64,000 nt of DNA from an uncultured Gemmatimonadales bacterium (GCA_963823035.1 CAWGKG010000008.1:96001-160000); one strand, 5' to 3'; positions 9,857-21,640 are shown, counted from the stretch's first letter. Program-made: numbers and translations. Notes: generated by a model from the letters alone, not told the origin.

Positions 9857-10861
9857 TCACCCGCGCACGACCTCGAAGGCCTCGACCTCGGCGAAGCCCT
9901 GGAGCCGGCCCCAGTAACGGGCGTAGGCCTGGGCCATGCGCGGCGCCAGGTCGGGGCGCGGGCCGCCCGCCCCCTGGAAGGCGGTGAGCGCCTCCATCTT
10001 CTCCATGAGCTGCTCGGCCACCTCCTCCAGGCGTGTCGGCCTGAACTCGGTGCCGGTGGTGGCGGTCTGATACCCCAGAACCAGCGGGACGGACTCGAGC
10101 TCGGTCTTGCCGATGCGGAACGCCTCCCTGCGCGCGGGGAGGTCGTCGTCCATGGCGGGGACGAACGCGATCCGGGGCGCGAGCTCCTTCACGACGCGGC
10201 GCACGAGCTGGATTCGCCTTTCGGTGTCGCCCATCGCGGCCTCCTCGAGCGTGAGCCGGGCGCCGAGCCGGAGCGCCGCCTCCCGCGCCGCCGCCGCCCC
10301 GGAGGCGTCCAGATCGTCGCGGCAGAGGGGGAGCACCACGACCTCGGCGCCCGCCTGCCTGTACTTGAGGAGCGTGCCGCCGCAGCCCATCACCACGTCG
10401 CCGACCAGCCCGCCGATCGCCAGCACGGTGTCCCGGGCGGGTGCGCTCGAGGCGGTCCCGGTCCCCGGGGATTTCCCGGTCAGCTCCCTGATCTTCCGCA
10501 GGAACTCCTCCTTGTCCAGCGGCTTGATGAGCAGCTCGGTGGCGCCCGCGCGGTAGGCCTCCTCCTGGTAGTGCGTGCCCGTGTAGCCCGTGATCGCCAG
10601 GATCGGGAGGGAGGGGTGGACCGACTGGGCGATGCGGCACAGCTCGAAGCCGTCGATGCCCGGGAGGTTGAGGTCGGTGATCAGCAGGCCCCACTCGCGC
10701 TCGCGGAGGAGCTGGGCTGCATGATCCCCGTCCTGGGAGTGCGTGACCTGGAAGTCGCCGGGCGCCGCCTGGAGGAACGCCTTGACCAGGAGGGCCTGGT
10801 CGAAAGCGTCTTCGGCGAAGAGGACGCGGATGGTCTGATCCGTATCGGGACTCACCGACAC
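9857..10861 (-). CDS. Response regulator: receiver domain fused to a degenerate PIG-L/LmbE deacetylase-like domain
   Basis: REC motifs AEDA, ITDLNLPGIDG, ITG and KP. C-terminal VLAIGGLVGDVVMGCGGTL...KMEALTAF...AEVEAFEV follows the PIG-L pattern. Confidence 0.8.
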   Translation of the reverse strand: MSVSPDTDQTIRVLFAEDAFDQALLVKAFLQAAPGDFQVTHSQDGDHAAQLLREREWGLLITDLNLPGIDGFELCRIAQSVHPSLPILAITGYTGTHYQEEAYRAGATELLIKPLDKEEFLRKIRELTGKSPGTGTASSAPARDTVLAIGGLVGDVVMGCGGTLLKYRQAGAEVVVLPLCRDDLDASGAAAAREAALRLGARLTLEEAAMGDTERRIQLVRRVVKELAPRIAFVPAMDDDLPARREAFRIGKTELESVPLVLGYQTATTGTEFRPTRLEEVAEQLMEKMEALTAFQGAGGPRPDLAPRMAQAYARYWGRLQGFAEVEAFEVVRG

Positions 10862-10927
10862 TCCTGGAGAGGGGGTCCGGAGGACACGGACAGTGTAGCG
10901 GCTGCGCCCCGGAAGGCCAGGGCCGGA

Positions 10928-10954
10928 TGCAACCTACGGGGCCTTCGATCCGTC
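10928..10954 (+). promoter_or_regulatory. ECF (SigW/SigM-like) promoter upstream of the DUF4097 gene
   Basis: TGCAAC-N17-CGTC, 50 nt before ATG 11004. Confidence 0.45.
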
Positions 10955-11003
10955 CAGTAGGTGGAGGCGTGCATCGCGAGGCAGGGACGACCGGAGGAGA
11001 CGA

Positions 11004-11812
11004 ATGCGGATCGGGATGACGGGAGTGCTGGCGGCGACGTGCCTGGTGGCGGCGCCGCTCCAGGCCCAGGTGCGCTGGGAGCGCGGGAATCAGGACGTGG
11101 TGCGATCGGGAGTGGGGCAGCCGCGACGGCGACCGCTTCTGCGAGGTACGGACGGCGACGATCCCGGCCACCGCGAGGCTCGACGTCGACGGCGGCGCCA
11201 ACGGTGGTGTGCACGTGGCGGCGTGGGACGGCGACCGCATCCAGGTGGAGGCCCGCGTGTGGGCGAACGCGCGCTCGGAGGATCGGGCGGAGGAGATCGC
11301 GAACGACGTGGAGATCGTCGTCGACGGCGGCCGCATCCGCTCCGAGGGGCCGCGCACCGGCCGACGCGAGGGGTGGGGCGTGAGCTTCGAGGTGCGGGTC
11401 CCGCGCGACATCGGACCTGCGACTGCGCACGACCAACGGCGGCATCGAGGTCACGGACGTGTCGGGTGACATCGAATTCCGCGCCACCAACGGTGGTGTG
11501 ACGCTCACCGGCGTGGCCGGCGACGTACGTGGCCGGACCACGAACGGCGGTCTGCACGTGGAGCTGGCGGGCGAGGGGTGGAGCGGGTCGGGGATGGACG
11601 TGGAGACCACCAACGGCGGGATCACCCTCCTCGTTCCGGAGGACTATTCCGCGGAGCTCGAGGCGCGCACGACCAACGGCGGCATCGACGTCGGGTTCCC
11701 GGTCACGGTCCAGGGGCGCATCGGTCGCCAGCTGCATGCCACGCTGGGTGACGGCGGAGCGACCATCCGCGCGACGACGACGAACGGAGGCGTGCGCATC
11801 TCACGCCGTTGA
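11004..11812 (+). CDS. Secreted DUF4097 beta-strand repeat (adhesin-like) protein; frameshifts near 11130 and 11420
   Basis: Signal peptide ending LQAQ and repeated (A/T)TNGG(I/V) units across three frames. Confidence 0.85.
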
Positions 11813-13079
11813 CGGCGGGCCTGAGCCCGGCGGCGCCTCCGGGGCGGGACCGGCCTTCCCCGTCGGGGGGGCCGGATCGCCCGTGGGCTCGGGCAGGAAG
11901 TGCCAGACGATGAGCCCCATCGTGAGGACGGAGACGGCGCCGAGCGCGGTGTTCGAGGCGTAGCCCACCTTCGCGAAGAGGGGGCCCGCCAGGGCGCCGC
12001 CCGCCGCGAAGCCGACCTGCCCGAGGGCCACCGTGAGGCTCATGAGGGAGCCGCGACGCTCGTCCCTGACCAGCGCAGTGAGCAGCGCCGAGAAGGGGCT
12101 CGTGCGCATGGCGATGAGCACCATGGTCAGGAAGAAGACGGGGTACGCCATCCAGAGCGCCCCGCACGACGTAGGGGGTCGCCACCATCACGATCGACAG
12201 GCCCACGCTCGCCATCAGGATGATCCCCCGCCGACCGACCCGATCGGAGAGGCGTCCGGCCTGGGGCCCCGTGATCACGTTCGCGAAGCCGCCGAGGAGG
12301 TACATCGTGGCGATCTGGCCGGGGGTGACGCCGCGGACGCGTTCGAGCCAGGTCGGGAGGTAGACCGTGAAGAGCGAGATGCCCAGGAACATCACGAAGT
12401 ACGCGGCGGCGGCCCACGCCACCTCGGGTCGGGCGAGCATCGCGAGGTAGTCGGCCGCCGCCTGGCGCACGCTGAGCCGTCCCGCGGTGCGCTTGACCGG
12501 AGGTTGCGGGACACGAAGGAAGATCAGCACGACGGTGGCGGCCATCGTCGCGGCGAAGATCCAGAAGGGCGCCCTGAAGCCCCAGCGGCTCGACAGCACG
12601 ATGCCGAGCGGGATCCCCACGATCTGCCCGACCGCGGAGCCGCTCATCACCCACCCCGTGGCCCATCCGCGCCGGTGGTAGGGGAAGTAGTCGCCGATGT
12701 AGGACACGGCCGCGCCGGAGAGCATCCCTCCGGCCATCCCCGCGAAGACCCGTACGGCCAGGAAGGCGGTGTAGCTGGTCACGAAGCCGTGCAGCACCAG
12801 CGCCACCGTCATCGTGCCGCATCCCAGCAGGAGGATGCGCCGGCGCCCGAACTTGTCGGACACCGGCCCCGCCAGGATGGCGAAGAGGCCGACCATGAGC
12901 GTGTACGCGGACACCAGCGTGCCCAGCGCCGCGTCGGGAATGCCCAGCTGGTCGCCGATCTGCGGGAGGATCGGCGAGATGATCATCGTCTGGCTCGCGC
13001 TGGAGAAGACCAGCAGCCAGAGCGTGAAGACGATGAGGTGGGGAGAGGGCCGTCTGAACTCCCCTTTGCGGCCCGTCAT
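11801..13079 (-). CDS. MFS transporter (DHA1-like); frameshift near 12155
   Basis: Motifs GPVSDKFGRRR and GRLSDRVGRR, with about 12 hydrophobic segments. Confidence 0.88.
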
Positions 13080-13090
13080 GCAATCTGTGG

Positions 13091-13869
13091 TCAGGCGCCG
13101 TCGCGATGCAGCAGCATGGCGTGACGCTGGTCCGTCGGCATCAGCACCAGGTTGATCACGTCCACGTGGTCCGGCACGTTCGCCACGTACACGACGGCGT
13201 CGGCGATGTCCTCGCCCGTGAGCGGCGTGGTGTTCGCGTAGACGCTCGGCGGCGCGCTCCGTATCGCCGTGGAAGCGCACCTCGCTGAACTCGGTCTCCG
13301 TGAGGCCGGGATCCACGCTCGATACGCGCACCTTGGTATCGAGCAGGTCCATGTTCATCCCCTCGTTGAGCGCCCACACGGCGAACTTCGTCGCGTTGTA
13401 GACCGCGCCCTTCGGGTAGACCCAGCGCCCCGCGATGCTGCCGATGTTGATCACGTGTCCGGCGTCGCGCGCGACCATGTGCGGGAGGATCGCCCGCGAC
13501 ATGTACAGCAGACCCCTTCACGTTCGTGTCGATCATGTCGTCCCAGTCGTCCGGATCGCCCTCGTGCAGCTTGTCGAAGCCGCGCGCCTTGCCGGCGTTG
13601 TTGACCAGGATGTCCGGTAGGAGGCGCTCCTCCGCGAGCCGCTCCACGAAGGAGAAGACGGCGGCGCGGTCGGTCACGTCGAGGGGATAGGCGTGGGCCT
13701 GGACGCCGTGCTTCTCGGCGAGCTCCGAGGCGAGCTCGGCCACGCGATCCTCACGCCTCGCCACGAGCACCAGGTCGGCGCCCTTCTCCGCGAACAGCCG
13801 CGCGCATGCCTCTCCGATGCCCGCCGAGGCGCCGGTGACGAGGACGCGCTTTCCTACGATTCGGTTCAT
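13091..13869 (-). CDS. SDR family NAD(P)-dependent oxidoreductase (YdfG-like); frameshifts near 13515 and 13245
   Basis: Motifs TGASAGIG, ARR, NNAG, NIGSIAG, YNATK and PGLTETEFSEVRF. Confidence 0.9.
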
Positions 13870-13995
13870 TCTCCGCTCCTTTTCCGGAGGATCACACGCG
13901 CGCCGGACGGGCGCAACCGCGGGCCCCGCAGCCCTGGCGGACGACGGGGCCCTTCCACTACCGTGGCGCGTCCCGCGGCCCCTCAGGAGCACGTC

Positions 13996-15229
13996 ATGGA
14001 CCGCAAGCAGGTCGGCGCCTGGGCGCTCTTCGACTTCGCGAACTCCATCTACCCGGCCGTGGTCCAGACCGCGGTGTTCTCGATCTTCTATACCTCGTAC
14101 ATCGTCGGGAACGACACCGGCCGCGGGGATTTCTGGCGGGGGTTGGCGGTGTCGGGCTCGGCGCTGATCGTGGCCGTCGCCGCTCCCCTGCTCGGCGCCA
14201 TCGCCGACCGCGGCGGAGTGCGCAAGCGCCTCATGCTGCTGTTCACCGCAGCGTGCCTCGCGGGGGTGCTGCTCTTCACCACGCTCGAGCCCGGGATGGC
14301 GCTGCGGGGCTTCGTGTTCTACCTGGTCGCGAACGTCGGCTTCGAGGGCGCGCTCGTCTTCTACAACGCCTACCTCCCCGACATCGTCCCGCGCGAACGG
14401 CAGGGCTGGGTGTCCGGGCTGGGCTTCGGCGTGGGATACCTCGGCTCGGCCGTCGGGCTCCTGCTCGCCACCCTGTTCGTCGATTCGAACATGGACATGG
14501 TGTGGGTCACGACCGTGGTGTTCTTCGCGGTCTTCTCGATTCCGACGTTCCTCTACCTGCCGGCAGACCGTCGCACCGAGATGGGCTTGGGCGAGGCGGC
14601 GTCGTGGGGGCTCACGCACTTCCGTACGATCGTGGCGGACGTGCTCGCCCTGAAGGACCTGCGCGCGCTTCCTCCTGGCGTACTTCTTCTTCATCGACGG
14701 GGTCAACACGGTCATCGTCGTGGCCGGGCCGTTCGCCGAACACACCTTCGGATTCGACGCCCGTCAAGCGATCTGGCTCTTCCTGGTCGTCCAGATCTCC
14801 GCGCTCGCCGGGGCGTTCGCGATGGCGAAGCCCACGGACTCCTGGGGACCCAAGAAGGTGCTCGTCGGCTCCCTGACGCTGTGGATCCTCGTCGGGTGCA
14901 TGGTCTTCTTCGTGAACAGCCCCGAGGTCTTCTTCACCCTCGCGGTGGTGGCGGGCTTCGGCCTCGGATCGACACAGGCCGCCAGCCGCACGTTCATGGC
15001 GGCGCTGATCCCGGAGGGCCGCGAAGCGGAGATGTTCGGCTTCTACGCGTTCTGCGGGAAGTCGTCCTCGGTGATGGGGCCGACGCTGTTCGGCGTCGTC
15101 GCGCTGCTCAGCGGCGGCAACCAGCGCCTCGCCGTGATCGCGCTGACCGTCCTCATGGCGATCGGCCTCCTGCTTCTCCGCCGGGTGGACGATCCCCGCG
15201 TCCCGAGCCCCGTGCCCGCCGTCCCCTGA
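13996..15229 (+). CDS. MFS transporter, UMF1/Atg22 family; frameshift near 14670
   Basis: Motifs WALFDFANS, APLLGAIADR, FYNAYLP, FFFIDGVNT, QAASR and FGFYAFCGK. Confidence 0.88.
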
Positions 15230-16281
15230 CCTGCCGGATGGCGAGCACGACGAGCGTGAGCGACGTCAGGGGGACCACGAAGAAGAGGAGCATGGTCTTC
15301 ACCATGTCCTGGGCCGCGTGCTGCGTGTGGGAGAGCACGAGATAGAGGAGGTACATCCCGTAGTACGCGAGGAAGACCCAGCCCTCCCAGCGTGAGATCA
15401 TCCACCCGGTGAAGAAGATCGGGAGGCAGGCGACCGAGGCGGCGAGCATCACGGGGAAGTCGAAGGTCAACACGCCCACCGGCGCCGGAATGCCGTCGCG
15501 TCCGGACGCGACGCCTGCCGAGCCGAGCACCACCAGGGCGTTGAAGATGTTGCTCCCCACGACGTTGCCCACCGCGATGTCGCGTTGGCCCCGCAGCGCG
15601 GCCACGAAGGACGTGGCGAGCTCCGGGAGCGACGTGCCCGCCGCGACCACGGTCAGGCCGATCACGAGCTCGCTCACGCCCATGGCGCGCGCCACCACCT
15701 CCGCGCTCCTGAACCAGCAGTTCGGCGCCGACCGCCAGGCACGCGAGCCCGGCCGCGATCCAGAGGAGCTGGCGCGGGAGGGTGGACGCGGCGTGGAAGT
15801 CGCCCGTGGGGCCCTCTCGGGCGCCGCGCAGGCCCGCGCGTACGAGGAGCACCGTGTAGATCAGGCCCAGGGTGAGGAGGAGCGCGCCCTCGCCGCGCCC
15901 GATCGATCCGTCGACGCCGAGGCCGAAGGCCAGCGCCGCGGTGAGCACCATGATCGGCACGTCGATCCGCACGAGTCTCCGGTCGACCAGGAGTGGGCGG
16001 ATGATGGCGGACCCGCCGAGCACGACCAGGATGTTGAAGATGTTGCTCCCGATCACGTTGCCGAGGGCGACGCCGCCGTCTCCGATGAACGCCGACCTGA
16101 CCGAGACCGACACCTCCGGCATGCTGGTGCCGAACGCGACCACGGTGAGGCCGATCACGAGGGGCGAGAGGCCCACGCGCTCCGCGAGCCCGGCGGCGCC
16201 GCGCACGAGGAAGTCCGCGCCGAGCGTGAGGAGGCCGATCCCCACGATCAGCTGGAGGACCGGCACGACCGGGATCGGCAT
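15153..16281 (-). CDS. yrbG: Calcium/sodium antiporter (YrbG family); frameshift near 15705
   Basis: Two alpha repeats, GTSMPE...GNVIGSNIFN and GTSLPE...GNVVGSNIFN. The C-terminal end is uncertain because it overlaps the convergent MFS gene. Confidence 0.9.
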
Positions 16282-17619
16282 CAGGCCGGACTCGCCTCGT
16301 CGTCCAGGGCGAGAAGGGTGCCCAGCAGGACGTTCGCGCCGTTCGTGACGTCGGCCGGCTCCGTGTGCTCCTCGGGGGCATGGCTGACGCCGTTCACGGA
16401 CGGCACGAAGATCATCCCCACCGGCCCGAGGTGCGCCATGCTCTGGGCGTCGTGGCCCGCCCCGGACGGCATGCGCCGCGTGCTCAGCCCGAGCGCCTGG
16501 GCGGTGGAGTCGATGAGATCCTGGAACCGGGGCGCGGTGGGTGCCGCCTCGGAGACGTAGAAGCGCGCGAAGGCGAAGGAGGTGCCCGTGGCGCGCCCGA
16601 TCTCCGACGGCCCGTCCCTCGAGCTGACGGAAGATCTCATCGATCCGGTCCATGGCCAGGTCGCGCACCTCGAGGCTCAGCGTGACCCGCCCGGGGATGA
16701 CGTTGGGTACGCCCGGCTCGGCCTCCAGCCGCCCGACCGTCGCCACCTGCGTCCCGGGCCAGCTTCGTACGGTCGTGTAGACCATGTCCACGAAGCGCGC
16801 CGCGGCGACCATGGCGTCGTGGCGCTGCGTCATCGGGGTGGTGCCGGCGTGGTTCGTGACGCCGTCCACGGTGACGTTCCAGCGCATGATCCCCACGATG
16901 CCCTGGACCACGCCGATATCGACGTCGAGGCGGTCGAGCTCGGCACCCTGCTCGACGTGCAGCTCCAGGAAGCCGCCGATGGTGTCGGGACCGCGCGCGG
17001 CCTCGGCGAGCCGGTCGGGACTCCCGCCGATGCGGGCGAGGCCCTCCCCGATCGTGAAGCCCGAGGCCGTGACGATGTCCAGCTCCTCGGGGAGCACCTT
17101 TCCGGCGAGCGCGCGGCTACCCGTCTTCCCACCCTCCTCGTTGGGGAAGATCACGAAGTGGATCGGGTGCCTCGTGGCCCGTCCCACGTCGGCGAGCGTC
17201 CAGGCGACCTCGACCGCCGCCATCGAGCCCACCTGGCCGTCGAAGTTCCCGCCGTTCGGGACCGAGTCGATGTGCGAGCCCAGCACGAGCGGCTTCAGCT
17301 CCGGCTCCGTACCGGCCCGCCGGCCCCACAGGTTGCCGGCCACGTCCACCGAGACGTCGAGGCCGGCGCCGCGCATCAGCTCGGCAGCCCATGCGCGCGC
17401 CTCCAGATCGGCGTCCGAGAACGCCACGCGGTCGATGCCACCGGCCTCGTTCGCGCCGAAGCGGGAAAGCTCCTGGAGGCGGCCGAGGAGACGCGCTCCG
17501 TCGACGCGGATCTCCTGGAAGCCGCCCGGGAGCGCCGTCGTCAGCCTCCGCAGGGGCCGCGGCACGGCCGCGGCCGCCAGGGTCGTGCCGGCGAGGCGGC
17601 TGAAGTCACGTCGATGCAT
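16281..17619 (-). CDS. M20 Zn hydrolase (N-carbamoyl-amino acid / allantoate amidohydrolase family) with Tat signal; frameshift near 16610
   Basis: Starts MHRRDF. Motifs GSHIDSVPNGGNFDG, NEEG, ELHVEQG, NHAGTTPM, SGAGHDA and SHAPEE. Confidence 0.92.
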
Positions 17620-17725
17620 GGGGATGCCCAGAGGGTCGATGCAGGGTCGTGGCTCCAAGGTTGGGGATCGGCGGGGGAGCGTCCAGGGGTGGCTCGGCGC
17701 GCGGGCCCCGGGGTAGGATCGTCCC

Positions 17726-18601
17726 ATGGGCCGCTTCCTCCGTCGATGGGTCGTCTTTCCGCTCCTCCTGCTCGCCTGCCTGCCCGTGGTCGTGCTGGCC
17801 GGCCTGCCCTGGCCCTGGATGCTGCGCTGGGTGGATCCGCCCTCGACGTCGTTCATGCGCTATCGGGAGCGCGAAGCCCACCGTGCCGACGAGGAGCTGG
17901 CCCTCGTCCAGGAGTGGGTGCCGCTGGACGAGATGCCCTCGGTGCTCGTGCGGGCGGTGCTCGTCTCCGAGGACGATCGCTTCCGCCAGCACCACGGCGT
18001 CGACTGGAAGGCGCTCGCGGAGGAGGTGCACTGGCAGGGCGACACGGCGTTCTCCTGGCGGAGCTCCGAGGACCGCTCCGCGCTTCGCGAGGCGTTCCGG
18101 TACTACAGGCGCCATCGCGCCGAGATCAAGGGACGGAGCACGCTCACGCAGCAGCTCGCCAAGAACCTCTACTTCACGCCGGACCGCTCTTTGGTGCGCA
18201 AGGCCGGCGAGTTCGTGGTCGCGCGCCGCCTGGAGCGCTTCCTGAGCAAGGAGCGGATCCTCGAGCTCTACCTGAACACGGCCGAGCTCGGACCCGGCGT
18301 GTTCGGCGTGGGCGCGGCGTCGAGGAAGTACTTCGACCTCCCCGCGCAGGGTGTCGGTCGCTTCGAGGCCGCGTCTCTCGCGGCCACGCTCCCGAACCCG
18401 CTCGGGTCGAACCCCGCCGAGCGCCCGGGACGGATGGCGTGGAGGAGGGACCTCATCCTCGACCGGCTCGCGGGACGCGACGTCGTGATCCCGGACGCGC
18501 CCCCGGACCTCGAGCTTCCCACCGTGCGGCCGGACCCCGACGTCGACGCGCGCATGGATACGATCCGGCCGGACACCGTCCGCTCCGACACGATTCCCTA
18601 G
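17726..18601 (+). CDS. mtgA: Monofunctional peptidoglycan transglycosylase (GT51)
   Basis: N-terminal TM helix. Motifs EDDRFRQHHGVD, STLTQQLAKNL, RKAGE, KERILELYLN and LPNP. Confidence 0.93.
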   Translation: MGRFLRRWVVFPLLLLACLPVVVLAGLPWPWMLRWVDPPSTSFMRYREREAHRADEELALVQEWVPLDEMPSVLVRAVLVSEDDRFRQHHGVDWKALAEEVHWQGDTAFSWRSSEDRSALREAFRYYRRHRAEIKGRSTLTQQLAKNLYFTPDRSLVRKAGEFVVARRLERFLSKERILELYLNTAELGPGVFGVGAASRKYFDLPAQGVGRFEAASLAATLPNPLGSNPAERPGRMAWRRDLILDRLAGRDVVIPDAPPDLELPTVRPDPDVDARMDTIRPDTVRSDTIP

Positions 18602-18611
18602 CCGGATCGGC

Positions 18612-21272
18612 CTACTCGGCGCGGAGCGCCTCGCTGGGGTCGATGGCGGTGGCGCGCCGCGCGGGGATCCAGCACGCGAGCGCCGAGATGCCGACGAGCA
18701 CGAGGCACACCACGCCGTAGGTAGCCGGGTCCCAGGGCGCCACACCGTAGAGGCCCGCCGCGAGCAGGCGACTGAGCACGAGGGCGCCCGCCAGTCCGAT
18801 GGCGACCGCCGCGACGACGAGGCGCATCCCCCGACCGACGACCTGGGCGAGGGCACGACGCGGGCTCTGGCCCAGCGCGAGGCGGACGCCGATCTCGCGC
18901 GTCTGCAGGCTCACCAGGTTCGAGAGCACGCCGTAGATGCCGACGCACGCGAGGAGGAGCGCCGTGGCCCCGAAGACCGACATGAGCACCAGGGCCAGAC
19001 GCTCGGGCGCGAGGGACGCTCGGGCCAGCTGGTCGAGCGTGCGCAGCTCCTCGACGGGTGCGCCCGGGGCGAGGCGCTCGACGACGGCGCGGACGGCGGG
19101 AGCGAGCTTCTCGGCGTCACCCGAGGCGTGCACCACGAAGCTCATCTGGGGAAGTCCGGTCGAAGCCCAGTACATCTGCGTGAGGTAGGGCGCGCGCAGG
19201 TCGTGGAGCCGGAGGTGCTCGACCACGCCGACGATGCGTGCGTACCGGATCTCCTCGGGGGCGTCGCTGGGGTTGACCTGGAGCTGCCTGCCCACGGCGC
19301 TCTCCCCGGGGAAGGCCCGCTCGGCGAGGCGGTCGTCCACGATGAGGGTGGCCTCGCCCACGTCCGCCGAGGTGAGGTCGCGCCCCTCGATCAAGCGCGC
19401 GCCGATCGCGTCGAAGAAGCCCGGCGTGATCCAGCGGCGGTCGGCCGTCACGCTCTCCCACTGCGCCGCCGTCTCGGTGTCGTAGGCATACGGCTGCAGC
19501 GGTCCCGAGCCGGTCAGGGGGAGCTGGCTGATCGCCGCCGCACGCACGACGCCGGGCAGGGCTCCGATCTCCTCGACCAGGGCTCGCTCCACCACCTTGC
19601 GCGACTCGGTGTCCCGGAACGCGCCGAAGGGAAGGGCCAGCCGGAAGCTGAGCCGGTTTTCGGTGGCGAAGCCGGGGTGCACGGATCCGAGCGCGGCGAA
19701 GCTACGCACCATCAAGCCGGTGCCCACGAGGAGGACGAGGCTCGCGGCGACCTCGAAGACCACGAGCGCGTCGCGGAAGCGTCCCTGCCGGCGTCCACCG
19801 CCCGCACGGCTGTCGGCGCCCAGCACGTCGGCCGGGTCCCGGCTCGAGGCGCGCAGCGCCGGCACCAGACCGAACAGGACGGTGCTCAGCGCGCACAGCG
19901 CGCCGACGAAGGCGAGTACGCCACCGTCGATGCGCACGGCGTCGAGCCGGGGCACGCTGGCTCGACCCAGCGCGGTGAGCAGCTCGAGGGAGGCGCCCGC
20001 GAGCGCCAACCCGAGCGCGCCACCGCCCACGGACAGCAGGAGGCTCTCGACCAACGTGAGGCGTACGAGCCCGGCGCGGCCCGATCCCAGCGCCGCCCTG
20101 ATCGACAGCTCGCGGGCGCGGGCGCGGCCGCGCACCAGGAGGAGGTTCGCGACGTTCGCGCAGGCGATGAGGAGCACGAAGCCCACCGCGCCGAGGAGTA
20201 GCAGCAGGCCGTTCCTGGCGCCCTTCACCACGTCCGCGAGGAGCGGAACCAGACGGACCTCGAGTCCGGACGCCGCGTGCTCGGGATGCTCGGCCGCGAG
20301 CTGCCGGGCGATCGCCTCGAGCTCGGTCTGTCCCTGGGCGAAGGTGGCGCCACGCCGCAGCCGTCCGAAGCCGGTGAAGGTCGTGTAGTTGCGCGGAGGC
20401 TGGTTCGCGGGGTCCAGGCGGAGCGAGACCCAGACCTCGGCGTCGCGCAGGAGGAACGCCTCCGGGGGGAGCTCGAGGCGGAACCACGCCGGCAGGACGC
20501 CGATCACCTCCATGCGGGTGCCGGCCAACTCGATGGAGGAGCCCACCACTCCGGGGTCGGCGCCGAAGCGGCGTGTCCAGAGCCGATGGCTCAACACCGC
20601 GACCGGCGGGACGCCGGGCACGTCCTCCTCGGGCGTGATCGGCCGGCCCAGGATGGGCGTGGCGCCGAAGAACTCGAAGAAGCCCGCCTCCACGACACCG
20701 ACGTCCACCAGCTCGGGGTCGTCTTGGCCTCCGAGGATCCACTCCCGGCCCGTGGCCATCGTGAAGCGGTCGAAGAGCTCGCTGCGGTCGCGGTAGTCGC
20801 GCAGGTCGAGGGGGTGCAGCGCCGGGAGGTTCTGCGCTCCGTGCCCCAGCTGGTGCCAGAGGATCCCGATGCGCTCGGAGTCCGGGTAGGGGAGGGGGCG
20901 AAGGAGCACGCCGTCGACGACCGAGAAGATCGCCGTGTTCGCACCGATCCCGACCGCGAGCGTGGTCACCGCCACCAGTGTGAACGCCGGGCGACGCAGC
21001 AGCGCCCGCGCGGCGAACGAAAGGTCCATCCACACTTTGTCGCGCATCGTCCGGCCCTCTCCCTCGCGTTCCCGGCCGTGCCGAAGCCTCCAGGCCACGC
21101 GCAGCGTATCCACCACGACCATCGTCCACACGCGCGCCCTGCCGACGCGTCCTGTCCCCGCCAGGTGCTCCTGCGCCACCTCCTCCAGCTCTTCCGCGTG
21201 GCGGCGGCGGAAGTCGGGCGGGAGGAGGGTGAGCGCCCACCGCCACGCCCACGGTCGGCGCGCCGGCGTCAC
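18612..21272 (-). CDS. ADOP-type duplicated MacB/FtsX ABC permease without ATPase
   Basis: Motifs [45 protein letters not shown] and [11 protein letters not shown], plus an N-terminal permease-prefix segment. Confidence 0.93.
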   Translation of the reverse strand: MTPARRPWAWRWALTLLPPDFRRRHAEELEEVAQEHLAGTGRVGRARVWTMVVVDTLRVAWRLRHGREREGEGRTMRDKVWMDLSFAARALLRRPAFTLVAVTTLAVGIGANTAIFSVVDGVLLRPLPYPDSERIGILWHQLGHGAQNLPALHPLDLRDYRDRSELFDRFTMATGREWILGGQDDPELVDVGVVEAGFFEFFGATPILGRPITPEEDVPGVPPVAVLSHRLWTRRFGADPGVVGSSIELAGTRMEVIGVLPAWFRLELPPEAFLLRDAEVWVSLRLDPANQPPRNYTTFTGFGRLRRGATFAQGQTELEAIARQLAAEHPEHAASGLEVRLVPLLADVVKGARNGLLLLLGAVGFVLLIACANVANLLLVRGRARARELSIRAALGSGRAGLVRLTLVESLLLSVGGGALGLALAGASLELLTALGRASVPRLDAVRIDGGVLAFVGALCALSTVLFGLVPALRASSRDPADVLGADSRAGGGRRQGRFRDALVVFEVAASLVLLVGTGLMVRSFAALGSVHPGFATENRLSFRLALPFGAFRDTESRKVVERALVEEIGALPGVVRAAAISQLPLTGSGPLQPYAYDTETAAQWESVTADRRWITPGFFDAIGARLIEGRDLTSADVGEATLIVDDRLAERAFPGESAVGRQLQVNPSDAPEEIRYARIVGVVEHLRLHDLRAPYLTQMYWASTGLPQMSFVVHASGDAEKLAPAVRAVVERLAPGAPVEELRTLDQLARASLAPERLALVLMSVFGATALLLACVGIYGVLSNLVSLQTREIGVRLALGQSPRRALAQVVGRGMRLVVAAVAIGLAGALVLSRLLAAGLYGVAPWDPATYGVVCLVLVGISALACWIPARRATAIDPSEALRAE

Positions 21273-21604
21273 GCCCTTCCCAGTCGCTCGATCGCGCGGC
21301 CCGCCACCGCCTGCAGCCGCTCGGCCTCCCGCGTGAGCGCCGTGCGACCCACGCGTGTGAGGCGGTAGTAGCGTCGCTTCTGGCTGGTGCGGTCCGGGCG
21401 CTCGTGGTCTTCGAGCTCGCGGATGAGCCCCTCGCCCTCGAGGTCGTCGAGCGCGCCGTACAGCGTGGCCGGCCAGAGCCGGAGGGTGCCGCCGGTCTGG
21501 TCGAGGACGTCGCGCACGATCCCCGACCCGTGCAGGTCGCGTGACGCGAGCGCGGCCAGGATGTGGAATCGGTGTGGGGACATGGGGTCGGGGAGGCTGG
21601 ACAT
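21269..21604 (-). CDS. PadR family transcriptional regulator
   Basis: [16 protein letters not shown]...[11 protein letters not shown]...RRYYRLT; its stop overlaps the permease start. Confidence 0.92.
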   Translation of the reverse strand: MSSLPDPMSPHRFHILAALASRDLHGSGIVRDVLDQTGGTLRLWPATLYGALDDLEGEGLIRELEDHERPDRTSQKRRYYRLTRVGRTALTREAERLQAVAGRAIERLGRA

Positions 21605-21611
21605 GGCCCCG

Positions 21612-21640
21612 ATGATACGGCGCGATATTATATCGCGCAA
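21612..21640 (-). promoter_or_regulatory. Sigma70 promoter of padR with an overlapping palindromic operator
   Basis: TTGCGC-N17-TATCAT, ending 7 nt before ATG 21604. Perfect inverted repeat GCGCGATAT-T-ATATCGCGC at 21620-21638. Confidence 0.75.

Noticed and set aside
11400..11800. Repeated ACCAACGGCGG units
   Set aside because: They are coding repeats for the TNGG motif of DUF4097, not a DNA repeat array.
11703..13502. Apparent SDR-MFS fusion
   Set aside because: It is frameshift read-through. The SDR ends at 13091 and the MFS starts at 13079.
15043..17856. Apparent M20 hydrolase-YrbG antiporter fusion (937 aa)
   Set aside because: A frameshift near 16610 creates it. The true hydrolase C-terminus with its own stop is in frame 16281..16640.
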